Part shown: positions 1 to 14,692 of the stretch, piece after piece
Numbering within the stretch: position 1 is the first letter of the stretch
Layout of the letters: each line of letters begins with the position of its first letter
The notes under the pieces: model-generated
The model's input: the letters and a program-made list of their open reading frames with translations, nothing else
Database searches by the model: none
What the model was told of the DNA's origin: nothing
DNA from: the human T2T-CHM13v2.0 reference genome, Homo sapiens
Assembly (NCBI RefSeq): GCF_009914755.1
Contig: NC_060929.1
Length of the DNA: 64,000 nucleotides
Reading direction: 5' to 3' (one strand)
Made by a program: the position numbers and the translations under genes

Positions 1-93
1 CATCCATGTTGAAGGTCTTCACATATTTAAAGGACAGGTCCCCATTCTTATAGTATTCAATCAGCTTCTTGTAGCAGCCAAGTGGGGTACTCC
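1..93 (-). CDS. GNPDA1: GNPDA1 coding exon 3 (runs off the left window edge)
   Basis: Minus strand: acceptor ctcttgcag at 94-95, then (G)[30 protein letters not shown]. This continues exon 2 in phase 1 and matches GNPDA1 protein. Confidence 0.97.
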
Positions 94-641
94 CTGCAAG
101 AGTGGCCACACCCATGAACACCCCTTGCACCCCAAGTCTGGAAGCCCGGAGGGTTCACAGGAATAAGTCAGGGCTGCTCACAGGGAGAACCTGTCAGATC
201 TGAAGTCCTACCCAGTACTCCAATCCTAACTGCCATCCATCCATTAATTGCTTGTTTAATGCCTATTTTGCCACTAGACTGTAAGCTCCAGGAGGGCAGG
301 ACTGTGTCTGCCTTGATCACTGCTGAATCTCCCAGTATCCAGCACACTGATGACTGAAATCACTCTGATTAGTACCTGAGTGAACATCAGACTTCATTAT
401 TGACATGATACTCCCTGAACAAGTAATATGTGCAAGGCACAGGGCCATGTGATAAGGACACAGGGGAGCAAGGGACAGTAGCTACTCTAAGATAACTCAC
501 TATTTAGGGGTAGAACACAAAGCAGGAACGTCAGTTGTGATAGGGTAAAGCACAGGCTCACCCAGTGCTTCAGGGTTCAAGGAAGACTTCCCTGAGGAGC
601 AGCGAAGCCCTAGTTGAGTCTCATTAAAAAGTCAATGTCAT

Positions 642-937
<296 letters not shown>

Positions 938-984
938 GTCAATGTCATAAAAACACACACACAATAAAAGGTAGGAGGACACTG

Positions 985-1410
985 TATATTAAAAGACTAA
1001 AGATGCATGAACCCTGACTGGACACTGAATTAATTTTTTAAAAACCAACCTATAAAAGATAAATGTGGACAATTGAGAAAAAATTGTGAACACAGTTTGC
1101 ATATTAGATGATGGCATGATTTTTCATTTTCTTAGGTATGATGGTATCATGGTTGTGTAGGAGAATGTCCTTATTCTCAGGAGATATGTGCTGAAGGATT
1201 TAGAGATAAGTGTCAGGATGTCTGGAACTTATTTTCATGTGGTTCAGAAAAAAAAAGTGTGTGTGTGTGTGTAGATAAAGAACAAGAGCCAGAGAAAGGT
1301 AAAAGCAAATGTGGCAAAATGGTAACAATTGGTGAATTTAGGTGAATGGTATTGACCTGTTTTTTTCCTCTTTTTTGAATATTTGAAATTTTGCAAACTA
1401 AAAAAATGAA
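985..1410 (+). mobile_element. Ancient L1M (L1MC/L1ME-type) 3' fragment
   Basis: gtaggagaatgtccttattctcaggaga and aaagcaaatgtggcaaaatg...ggtgaatttaggtgaa are typical of old L1 3' UTRs. Confidence 0.6.
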
Positions 1411-2361
1411 AGAAAAAAAACCCATCGAGATTACGTCATGTCACCCCTCTTTTCAAAACCCACCAATAGCTTCTCATTTCACCCTCAGCAACACCAGTTA
1501 TTCTAAGGCTCCACAGAACCTGGCCCCTGGCTATGAGACCCTCCCTGCCACCATATCCAACACTGCACAGCCCCACCCCTGCCGACACACTCCCTATCCT
1601 TTCCTGCTTCATGTTTCTCCTTTCCTCTTATCACCATCTAACATACTCTATATTTTGCTAATTATTATGTCTCTCCCATTATAATTTAAGCCTCAGAAGG
1701 CAGAAGTTCATATCCTTTTTGTTCATTGCTGTATCCTTAGAGGCTAGAACAGCTTTGCATACAGAGGGTACTCAATAAATACCTGCTGAGTGAATGGCAG
1801 CTCCCCGCAGCCCACCCAAAATAATTAGTTGGTCCGTGTGACAAGGCCTTAGCTATGCCTGAGCCACATAGCTTCCTCTCTCCTGCCATTTTCCAAACTT
1901 CTAGCCTTCCCATGAATTCTCTGAACTTCCCAGTATCTAGCCAATAAACTCCTTTTCTGCTTAATTTAGCTGGAGTTGGTTTCTGTGGTTTCCACTCAGA
2001 ACCCTGACAGGTGCTACATCTAACAGAAGCAATGTTCCAAGGAACCCGTGTGGAAACGCTGTCCTGTTGGTTCAAGCAGGACAGGCAGGGAGAGGCCAGG
2101 TTTTGGAGGGCCTTGAATGCCACTCTGAAGAGCTTGGATCTGACTCTGCAATGATGGGAACGAGGGAATGGTTTCAGAAGGCCAGACTCTGACCCATACA
2201 GAGGTTGGGTCTCTCCACAGTTAGGAGACAGGATGTTAGCACAGCCTCCGAGGGCCTGAGACATTGGTAGTTTCACAGGCACAGGTGGATACTACTCCCA
2301 CAAACCTCTAGTGCAGAACTCAGCAAACTTTGGTCCACAGGCCAAATTTGGCCTGCGGCCT

Positions 2362-2657
2362 TTATTTTTTATTTTTTTAGACAGAGTATCGCTGTCACCC
2401 AAGCTGGAGTGCAGTGGCACAATCTCAGCTCACTGTAACCTCTATCTGCTGGGTTCAATTGATTCTCCTGCCTCAGCCTCCTGAGTAGCTGGGATTATAG
2501 GTGCCCGCCACCATGCCCAGCTAATTTTTATATTTTTAGTAGAGGCAGGGTTTCACCATGTTGGCCAGGCTGGTCTCAAATTCCTGACTTCAAATGATCG
2601 ACCCACCTCAGCCTCCCAAAGTGCTGGGATTACAGGCGTGAGCCACCACACCCGGCC
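2362..2657 (-). mobile_element. Alu (AluS)
   Basis: Antisense Alu consensus with poly-T. Confidence 0.93.
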
Positions 2658-2700
2658 CTGTGGCCTGTTTTTATACAGCTTATGAGTTAAGAATGGTTTT

Positions 2701-3017
2701 CTTTTCTTTCTTTCTTTCTTTTTTTTTTTTTTGAGACAGAATCTTGCTCTGTCACCTAGGCTGGAGTGCAATTGCACAATCATGGTTCACTGCCTCGACC
2801 TCCTGGCCCAAGCAATACTCACACCTCACACCGTAGCCTCCTCAGTAGCTGGGACTACAGGCATGTGCCACCATGCCTAGCTAATTTTTCTATTTTTTGT
2901 AGAGATGGGGTTTTGCCATGTTGCCCAGGCTAATCTCAAACTCCTGGGCTCCAGCAATCTGCCTACCTCAGCCTCCCAAAGTGCTGAAATTACAGATATG
3001 AGCCACCATGCCTGGCC
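2701..3017 (-). mobile_element. Alu (AluJ)
   Basis: Antisense Alu with AluJ-type ctcctgggctc. Confidence 0.9.
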
Positions 3018-3160
3018 TGGTTTTTACATTTTTAAATAGTTTTTTTTTTAATTAAAGAAGAATAATATTTTGTGACATGTGAAAATTATATAAGTTCAAA
3101 CTTCAGTGTCCATACAGTTTTATTGGCATACAACCATACTCATTCACTTATATATTGTCT

Positions 3161-3318
3161 TTTCTTTTTTTGAGACAGGGTCTCACTGTCACCCAGACTG
3201 GAGTACAGTGACACAATCATGGCTCACTGCAGCCTCAATCTACTGGCTCAAGCAATCCACCTACCTCAGCCTCCCAAGAAGCTGGGACTACAGGTGAGCA
3301 CCACCATGCCAGGCTAAT
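3161..3318 (-). mobile_element. Alu right-arm monomer
   Basis: Partial antisense Alu. Confidence 0.85.
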
Positions 3319-4115
3319 TATAGCTGCTTTCAAACAACAGAAGGGTTAAGTTGTTGCAACAGAGACTATATGGCTAGTGAAGTCTAACATATTTACTACT
3401 GGCCATTTACAGAAAAAGTCTGGACTGCAAGGAAGACCAAAAAAAAAAAAAAAAAGGAAAAAGAACAAGTTTGAAGACCCCTCCAACACACACACACACA
3501 CATAGACACGCTAATGGATGGGTCAGGTAGGGCCACTAGGGCAAACCCATCCATCTCTGAAAGAAATAATCAGGACATTTGTCTTGAGGAGCTGGGGTCA
3601 AAATATCTTTCTGAAAAAGCAACATTTTGATTTTTTCCAAAAGAAATTAGAACTGTTTTTTATTTAGGTCCTGTGTTTAATTAAGCCTTACAGAAAATTA
3701 CCTAAGTGACTATCTTTTCAATTCTCCCAAGGATGGTACTTAGCTGGTACCCCTCTAGATGCAGAGAAGAGAAATTAATTCATTACATAAAATGAATGCC
3801 TTAGGGTATCAGGACTTAATTCTGTTAAGAAACCCTGGTGGACAGGGCTGACTTAGGATGTAGCCTAAAAATCAAATTCTTCCTGCCAACCAAGATCCCT
3901 TCTGCTCCAGGATTCTGCAGGGACAGGCAGCGACTAAACCAACCCATAAGGGAAGCTGGGTCCTTTGTATGTGGAAGGGGCAGGAAGGTGCTCTCTCAGC
4001 ACCAGTACCCCAGAGCCCCCGTGAAGTCCCTTGGCTGAGTGAGCCGGTGTACCTGGCCCCTGTTGCCTACTCTCTCCACCCTTATCCACGGCACCCTCTC
4101 CATCCAAGAACGCAC

Positions 4116-4239
4116 CAGTGGGGAGCCCCAGGGTGAAGTACTTCTCTGGCCCTGGGTTAAACTGGATGATGCGGTTCCTGATGTATTTAGCCGCCCACTC
4201 GCTCGCCTGAGAATAGTGCTCCAGGATGATGAGCTTCAT
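4116..4239 (-). CDS. GNPDA1: GNPDA1 first coding exon (exon 2, exon spans 4116-4245)
   Basis: ATG at 4239, MKLIILEHYSQASEWAAKYIRNRIIQFNPGPEKYFTLGLPT(G). Polypyrimidine tract plus tgcAG acceptor at 4246-4247; donor G|GTGCGT at 4115; 124 coding nt, phase matches exon 3. Confidence 0.97.
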
Positions 4240-4433
4240 CTTGTCCTGCAGTGGGGGAGAGGGGATGACAGAAAGGAATCAATGGTAAGGGGCAGAGAAA
4301 GAGATGGAGGTGGTGGGAGAAGCTTCTCTTACCCAGCAACAATCCCCTTCCCAAGCTGTCTGAGCCAGGAAAAAGGCCTTTCTATTCACAGAGGAGCTAA
4401 GAGGCTAGGCCAGTCGTCTCCACCACCCACAGA

Positions 4434-4447
4434 CCACGAGGAGGCGC
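4434..4447 (+). promoter_or_regulatory. Possible CTCF motif in GNPDA1 intron 1
   Basis: CCACGAGGAGGCGC resembles the CTCF core CCACnAGG(T/G)GGCGC with one mismatch; motif only. Confidence 0.3.
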
Positions 4448-4989
4448 CACTGGGGGCAGATCTGGGTTCTAATCTCAGCTCCTTCACTTACCACCTGCAG
4501 GACCTCGGTCAAAGGACCTAAGTTCTCTCTGAGCCGTTTCCTCCTATGTAAAAATTGGGACAATAGTACCTACTTCACAGACTTCACGACGGGTAATATG
4601 AAATGAGAGAATGCATGTAAACAACTTAGTATTTTCTACGTTGGCTGTTACCATCCAGATAGATGCTCGGCTCAGCCCCGCCTCCCTCATCCCTGCCCCT
4701 ACCGGAACGGGATACCCTACCCCCTCCCCGCCGTCTACCCCAAGACTCTTCCTCCAGAAGTAGAGAGGTCATGGGATCATGCTGGGCCACTAGAGCAGGT
4801 GGGGCAATGAGCTCTGCCTGGGGAGCTGTGTGCTCTCTCTGGACTAGCGGAGGGGTCTTCCTACTGGCCCACCTTGCTTTGCGAACCCCTCTGGGTCTTC
4901 AGTTTCCCCCAAAGCACAAAAGGGAAAAGGTAATCGCTCCAGAAGGAGGACATTTTGTTCCCCCAGCACTGCGGTTAGTGGGAGTGTGA

Positions 4990-5520
4990 AGGAAAGAGGC
5001 GAAGGTGGCCCGCGCGGTCGTCGGTGGGGTACAGCGTGTCCCCCACCCCCATTACCACCCCATCGCCCCTCCGATCCCTCCTGGAAAATGTGTGAGGGCG
5101 GCTCCCCGGGGTCCCGACCCCGAGTGCCGTAGGGCTGGGGCAGCGCTCCGCGCTCCGGCCCGCGAGGAAGGTCCCCGCCAGCCCTGCTACCCACTTACAC
5201 GGACGCCTCCCGCGGCGGCTGCAGCGACTGCGCCGGCGGCCCGGCCCCGCGCGGGTCACGTGGCTGCGGGTCACGCGGCGCCGCGTGCGCCGCCCGCCGG
5301 GCTGACTCAGCTTGGCCGCAGCTACCCGGACCGACTCTCCCAGGTGGAGGAGTTCCGGCCACTCAGTCCCACCTCGGTCCCTGGCCCCGGCAGGCCCTGG
5401 AACAGACCTTAAAAAACACTTTCCCTTGGGAGGCGGGGATTCGAGTCTGGTTTGTGTGTGTGTGTGTGCAAGAGGAGGGAGACTTGAGGGGCGCCGGGTC
5501 GCCCCCAGGAATACAACCCC
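4990..5520 (-). promoter_or_regulatory. GNPDA1: CpG-island promoter of GNPDA1
   Basis: Very high GC/CpG. CLEAR/E-box GTCACGTGGC 5255-5264, GTCACGCG 5270-5277, MARE/ARE-like GCTGACTCAGC 5301-5311, GC boxes. Confidence 0.9.
5199..5250 (-). other. GNPDA1: GNPDA1 non-coding exon 1 (5' end approximate)
   Basis: Consensus donor CGT|GTAAGT at 5198-5193 inside the CpG island, ~950 bp upstream of the exon 2 acceptor. Confidence 0.8.
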
Positions 5521-6800
5521 CTGGACCTTGGGGCTGGGGCCGGGGGGTTTTAGTGCAGGGGTTGAGCTGGGGGCAGGCAAAGCAGAATCGCTTCCTCAGT
5601 CTCCTAGGGTTGGGCCTGGCTCTGCCTTCAGTTTCTTTCTTTGTTTAGATGCCATTTATTTACCCAAGTATTAAAACTTGTGTTGTTTAAAGTACAATTG
5701 GGCTTTTTAATGTCCTTTTTTAAAGATCAAACTTTGCAGCATTATATAATAGAGAAAAAGGCAGGCCCCTGGTTTCCCCAACTCCCCACACCAAGATAAC
5801 CATTGCTTAGTTTAAGAGTACATTCTGAATTGCTTTCTTTGAATATGCTTACACTGTTATTTTACATAAATGGGAACACATACACATGAGGCTTATATAT
5901 ATCAAGGCTCGGATATTTGACCTGCATTATTTCACTTAATCCTTATTAAGCTCCAGTGAGGTAGGTTTGCCGTTACTTTTTAACAGGTGGAGAAACTGAC
6001 GCTTGGAGAGAAAAATTAACTTGGCCAGAGGCACAAGTGGTTTCCCTTGTGCCTTCAATTCAGGGGGATCTGTCCAAATCCAAAATCCATGCTTTTTACC
6101 GCTAGCGGGCACTGCCTCCCAGCTGGTATGACTGGATTTGGGACGCTTCCATATCAGAAAAAGAGATCCATCTTATTCTTTCCAGTCAACATTAGAGTGT
6201 TCCAGACTTCTAGGGACACTTGGGAACTTTCCATGCGGAGGCTGGAGGAAGGACTTGAGTGCTGGTCATCAGTAACATCTTCCATTACATAGGGTTTTGC
6301 CAGAGCTTTGTGCGCATTATTTCATAGAATCCCGCCCAATCGTCAGATATGATTACCGCCATTTTATTGATGTGGAAACTGGGGATCAAAGGCGTACAGA
6401 GACTTGTGATATATGACCTCATAGTCTGACATCCCGGACTTTAGTCAGTGCTAGGGAGCAGTGGTGAGACCTTCTGAATCAGCCTAGTTTTCCTCCAGCA
6501 GCAAAAGGCCAAAGGAATCCTGGCTTTATGCCCACGGGACAGGGCCTTCCTCAGTCAGCCGGGTGGCCACGTTCTGCAATTCTGCTGAATCTGCTCACTG
6601 TGGACAGCCCCAGGCGCTCACCCAGCCCTTGGGCCCAACTGCAGCTCCAGACCAGCTTGCTAGGGGTAGGCTTCATCTGGTGAGGCCCTGATGAGACCAG
6701 ATGGTGGAGCTGATACCTTTACAGTGTGGGGGACTTGCTCTTTGCCTCAGTGTTATTTTGTTTTGTTTTGTTTTGTTTTCCAAATCCTGAGAGGCTGTGA

Positions 6801-7151
<351 letters not shown>

Positions 7152-8773
7152 AGAAATGTTGTCTCAGCTTGAGGACTGCAGATGTTTCACAATGAAGCTC
7201 CAACTCCAATCTCCGATCACGTCTGATAACATGGGCCAGGTCTGCAGCATCTGCATCCAGACCTTTCCAGGAGGAGAGTGACTGACTTCTGGTGACTAAG
7301 CCCATTTCCCCTGAGTTACCCCTTCTGCAGGGAACCAGTGCAGGGTCTCTGCGAAGCCTGGAGGCTCTTGGATCAGCGTGGGGACTAATCGGAAAGACCT
7401 GCATTTCAATTCTGGTCTGGCTAATTTCTGGTTATTTAGTGAGTAATTCAAGCAAATGACTCAACTTCTCCAGGTCTCAGTTTTCTTACCTGAAACATAA
7501 GAATTGAGTGGAAATTAAGTAATACTGCCCTCGTGTGGCTGTTGTGACTATTAAATGAAATATTAGCATAGCATGGCATTCACAGCCAGCTGTTATTACT
7601 TACCCCTTATTTCCTCCTAACCCTCCTTACAGCCCACTCTCTAACCATACTGAAATGCTCTCTAGCCCTAACCTCCTGACTCCCTGTACTCCTCCTACTC
7701 CACATCTGTGTTTAAACTATTACCCACACCTATCCTCCCATCCTCTTGTCTTGGAACTAAAGTTGCCAAATTAAAAGAATTGTGAGTTTATCCATGCAAT
7801 GGAACACTCTGCAACTCTTGTATGGTCAGATATTTTTATACCTTCTAATGCACCCTTGCTTTGGGCAAACAACCTGACCAGATGTTACCTCCCAAATTCT
7901 GCTCAATTCATAGAGTTTGTGTGGTGCTGGCCCTACCCTTTGACTTAGGAGCAAACCAATTAGAGACTCCATGGCTCTGGCCATGATTAGTTCAAGGCCA
8001 GGCAGGCATGGAAGACACTAACCCAGCAGCCATTCAGAGACTCCTTCTCCCTTGCTGCTTCCCACTGGAGAAACTGGAAAGTCAACGACTCTCACAGCTT
8101 CTCCCACAGCTACGGGGTGGCCAAGTAACTTCATTCTGCCCAATGAGGGAGGAGGATGGCTTCTGGTTAGATATTTTACTTCCTGAGAAAAGTGCTGTGC
8201 TTGAGAAACAAACTGGCGGTTTCTGGTTCCTTCCCTTTCCTTCCTGCCTTGAAGGCAGTTGTGATGACTGAAGCTGGGGAGGCCACGTTGTAACTGTGAG
8301 GCACCAAGCATAAGGATAGAGTGGAGGAGGGAAAACACTTATGTCCTTGATATCTGACTAGTGCTGGGACCTCCTACTTCTGGACTTCTTCTAAGTAAAT
8401 GGTAAATGTCCTTATGGCTTAAACTTTAAATCATTGTTAGGAGAATTTCCTGTGACTTGAAATTGAAAACATGACTCACTGCTAGAGCAGGTGATTCAGA
8501 TCTTCCTTAGGGTTTATGCCACTACTGGGGGAAAATACACTTCTCCTGAGATCTTGAGCCGTAAAACAGAGGAAAGCTTAGAGCTACAGAAAGGTACAAC
8601 AAATAGAAGAGAGACACAGAACTCTGATGACATCATTTGAGCCCCCTAGAATAGCATGTCTGAAGCCAAATATACCCTTTTGGGTTTCGTGGTTGAGTGA
8701 GTGAATGAGTGAATACATAATTAAATATCATTTTCCCCTGAAGCTAGTTAGAGGAAATTCTGGAAGGATATTT

Positions 8774-9310
8774 TATTAGTTATCTATTGCTGTGTAACAG
8801 ATTACCCCAAAACTTAGTGGCTTAAAACAACAATAATGACTTATTTCTCACAGTTTCTGTGGGCTAGAAATTCAGACAGGATACAGTGGCGATGATATCT
8901 TGCCCCTCAACTGAAAGACTCAAATTCTGGGGCTGGAATCGTATGAAAGCTCATTGACTCACATGTCTTGACAACAGGTGCTCACTGTCAGTGGAACACT
9001 CACACATGGCTCTCCTTGTTGCCTGGGCTTCCTCACAACATAGCGGTGGGTTCCAAGGGCAAGCGTATCAAGAGACAAAGATGGGCTAAGGCTGTATCCT
9101 TCTTCTGACCTAGTCTCAGAAGTCATATAGCATCACTTCTGCTGAGCTCTGTGGGTTGGAGAAATCACAAGCCCCTATCCAGATTTAAAAAGAGAAAACA
9201 TAGACCCCCATCTCTCTGTGTAAGAAGTTCAGTAATATTATAAGAAGAGCATGTTGGACGGGATACATGTACAAGTATGGCCATGTTTAAAAAATACAAT
9301 CTGCCACAGA
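8774..9310 (-). mobile_element. MLT1 (MaLR) solo LTR
   Basis: Starts tattagttatctattgctgtgtaacagattaccccaaaacttagtggcttaaaacaac, the antisense MLT1 3' end. Confidence 0.75.
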
Positions 9311-9341
9311 CACACACTAACTTGTTATTAAGATGTGATCT

Positions 9342-9676
<335 letters not shown>

Positions 9677-10087
9677 TTAATAAAAAGATTTGATCAAAGT
9701 AATTGACCATCTACTCTGTGCTGGTCACTGTGCTAAAAGTTTTTAAAGCATCGTCTCATTGACTCATCATATTTTTTCAAAGTGGGTGCTGCGGGTTGGA
9801 TACATTCTGCCTAATATTTGTATGAAATGAATGATTTTGTCTTGAAGGAAAAACAACAACAAAACCTTGAAAACTTAATGAATCTTATGCTTCCATCCAA
9901 GCCAAGTAAATTGCCACCTGCCCTGCAGTCTTCTTTTTCATTCATTTATAAAATATTTATTGAGCCTTTACCATGTGCCCAGCACTATTTTAGGTTCTGG
10001 GGACACAACAATGAACAAAGCAAAGTCCATACCCTTGTGGACCTCCAGGCTCTAGGAATTACATTTTTATGAATTTTAGTAACTCGG

Positions 10088-10587
10088 TGTGACAGCCAGC
10101 CTCCAAGACGGCTCCTAGTGATTCACACGCTTATGTAGTCCCATTCCACAGTGGATGGGGTGACCTGTGTAACCCAACAGGATAGTGCAGAAATGATGGG
10201 TGTGTCTTCTAGGGTTAGGTCATAAAAGCCATTGCAGCTTCTTCTTTGTTTTCTCTCTGGGATCACCTTCTCAGTGATGTCAGCTGCTCCATTTCCACAC
10301 TGGAGCAGCCTTATGGAAAAGCCCAGGTGGCGAGGAAACAAGACAACAGCCATGGGAGCCATCTTGGAAGCAGATCCTCCAGTCCCAGTCAAGACTGCAA
10401 ATGACTGCAACCCTGGCCAGTAGCCTCACTGAAATCTCATGAGAGACCCTTAACCACAACCACAACCACAACCACTCAACTAAGTCATTCTTGATTTCTT
10501 GACCCACAGAAGCTGTGAGATAATAAACACTTGTGGTTTTAAGCTGCTAAATTGAGAATGATTTGTTATGCAGCAATATATCTAATA
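10088..10587 (+). mobile_element. MLT1F-like MaLR LTR
   Basis: tgtgacagccagcctccaagacggctcc ... ttttaagctgctaaatt...tgttatgcagcaata. Confidence 0.75.
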
Positions 10588-11087
10588 CGCTCAGAAAAAA
10601 AATCCACAAATGGGGAGGGTGGCAAACAAGAGATTCAACCTTTGTAGCCAGTCCCTTGTGTCTGGAGGTGCAATGTCTGACCCATCAGAGACTCCCCACT
10701 CCCCACCCCTATACTCCAACATCCTGCCCCCTTCCACATGTTTGTGGAATCCCCTGCCAAGGCTTTTGCTGAGCCTTTCTTTCTGCTACTTGCTGTTTTC
10801 CACCTTTTCATTTTCTGAGGCCCTGTCTTACCTCCTATAATGATAGCCATATGTCACTACTCCCTGCATTTCCCATACTCCCTGTAGCTCAGTGGTACCT
10901 TGCACATAAAAGCCAAAGCCCCAAGTGGCTCAGAACACTGGCTCTGAAGCCCATTGGATTCAGATTCTGGATCAATCACTAATTAGCTGGGACACTTTTC
11001 TTAACCTTCCTGTAGTTCAGCTCCCTCAATTGTAAAATGGGGATAATCATAATGGCCACTCATAGGATAGTTGTGAGGATGAAATGA

Positions 11088-11669
<582 letters not shown>

Positions 11670-11686
11670 CTAATTCTTAATTCTAA

Positions 11687-12260
<574 letters not shown>

Positions 12261-12269
12261 TTCTTTTTC

Positions 12270-13580
<1,311 letters not shown>

Positions 13581-14009
13581 GCAGATTCCTTTTAAAGGGA
13601 GAAATGAGAACAAATTTAGTAATTTTAGACTCCATCACAAGAAAAAAACTATATAATAAATTGTGTGGCTCCAACATTAAATGAGAAAGCGGGTCATAGC
13701 TTGAAGAGTCTCACAGGGCAGAGCAGGGTACATGCAAGTCAGGGTTCAGAAATGGACTCCATGGCCACACTATCTGGCTTCGAATCCCAGCTCTACCACT
13801 TTTGGGCTGTGTAACTTCTGTGTAAGTTATGACATGTCTTTGTTCCCTAATGGCTTCACCCATAAAATAGGAAAAATAAGATCTACCTTACAGTATGTAC
13901 TATTATTATCAAGAGCAGTTGCCTCACGAAGGGTAAATGATGTAATGCGTCTAAGGCAAATAATAGCTGCCACATTGTATGTAGTATTATTCTCAAGAAT
14001 AATAATCTT

Positions 14010-14267
14010 GCCTGTAATCCCAGCACTTTGGGAGGCCGAGGCAGGCAGATCATGAGGGCAGGAGATTGAGACCATCCTAGCTAACATGGTGAAACCCCGT
14101 CTCTACTAAAAATACAAAAAATTAGCCAGGCGTGGTGATGGGCGCCTGTGGTCCCAGCTACTCGGGAGGCTGAGGCAGAATGGTGTGAACCCAGGAAATA
14201 CAGCTTGCAGTGAGCCGAGATTGCGCCACTGCACTCCAGACTGGGCGACAGAGCGAGACTCCATCTC

Positions 14268-14296
<29 letters not shown>
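14010..14296 (+). mobile_element. Alu (AluY-like, 5' clipped)
   Basis: Sense Alu with ~30-nt A tail. Confidence 0.92.
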
Positions 14297-14298
<2 letters not shown>

Positions 14299-14692
14299 AG
14301 AATCTCAGGGAGGAGCAAATGATTTGACAAATATAAAGCCCTTAGAACAGTGCCCGGCACAGAGTTAGCCCTCACTAAGGGACCATTACCATTATTACTA
14401 GGGTTTTGAGATGGGCTCAAAAGAGCCAGGATTTGATCATTTAAGAGGAGGAGGAAGGCATTATAGGCAGGCACAAACAAAGGCACAGTGGCACGGAGGC
14501 TGAGGGAGTAGATTTAACAAATAAAAGTACAGAACATCAGTGAAATCTGAATTATTTATAATTGCCTGTGCATATGTACACTGAGATAGAAAAATATTGC
14601 ATGCACTGACTTATACTTTTAGTAAATTACTTTTAGTAACATATTCATTGCTTATCTGAAATAAATTGTAAATATCTAAATTACATACCTCT

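Larger units (their letters stand above)
2312..3420 (+). mobile_element. MER58B-like hAT-Charlie MITE split by three Alus
   Basis: Collinear MER58 pieces at ~2312-2360, 2658-2700, 3018-3160 and 3319-3420 (ends ggccatttacagaaaaagt). Confidence 0.75.

Noticed and set aside
1737-2282. 181-aa minus-strand intronic ORF
   Set aside because: Non-ATG start, overlaps L2/MLT1-like remnants and shows no homology to GNPDA1 or any recognisable domain.
3934-4115. C-terminal part of the 101-aa ORF 3934-4239
   Set aside because: Read-through into the intron past the GT donor at 4115; the real protein continues in the exon at 1-93.
4663-5674. Several 100-200 aa overlapping ORFs
   Set aside because: Stop-poor frames expected in a GC-rich CpG island; Pro/Arg/Gly-rich, with no recognisable domain.
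13893-13997. 22-bp imperfect direct repeat gtatgta.tattatt.tcaaga
   Set aside because: Short AT-rich local duplication within a MIR-like remnant; no functional signal.
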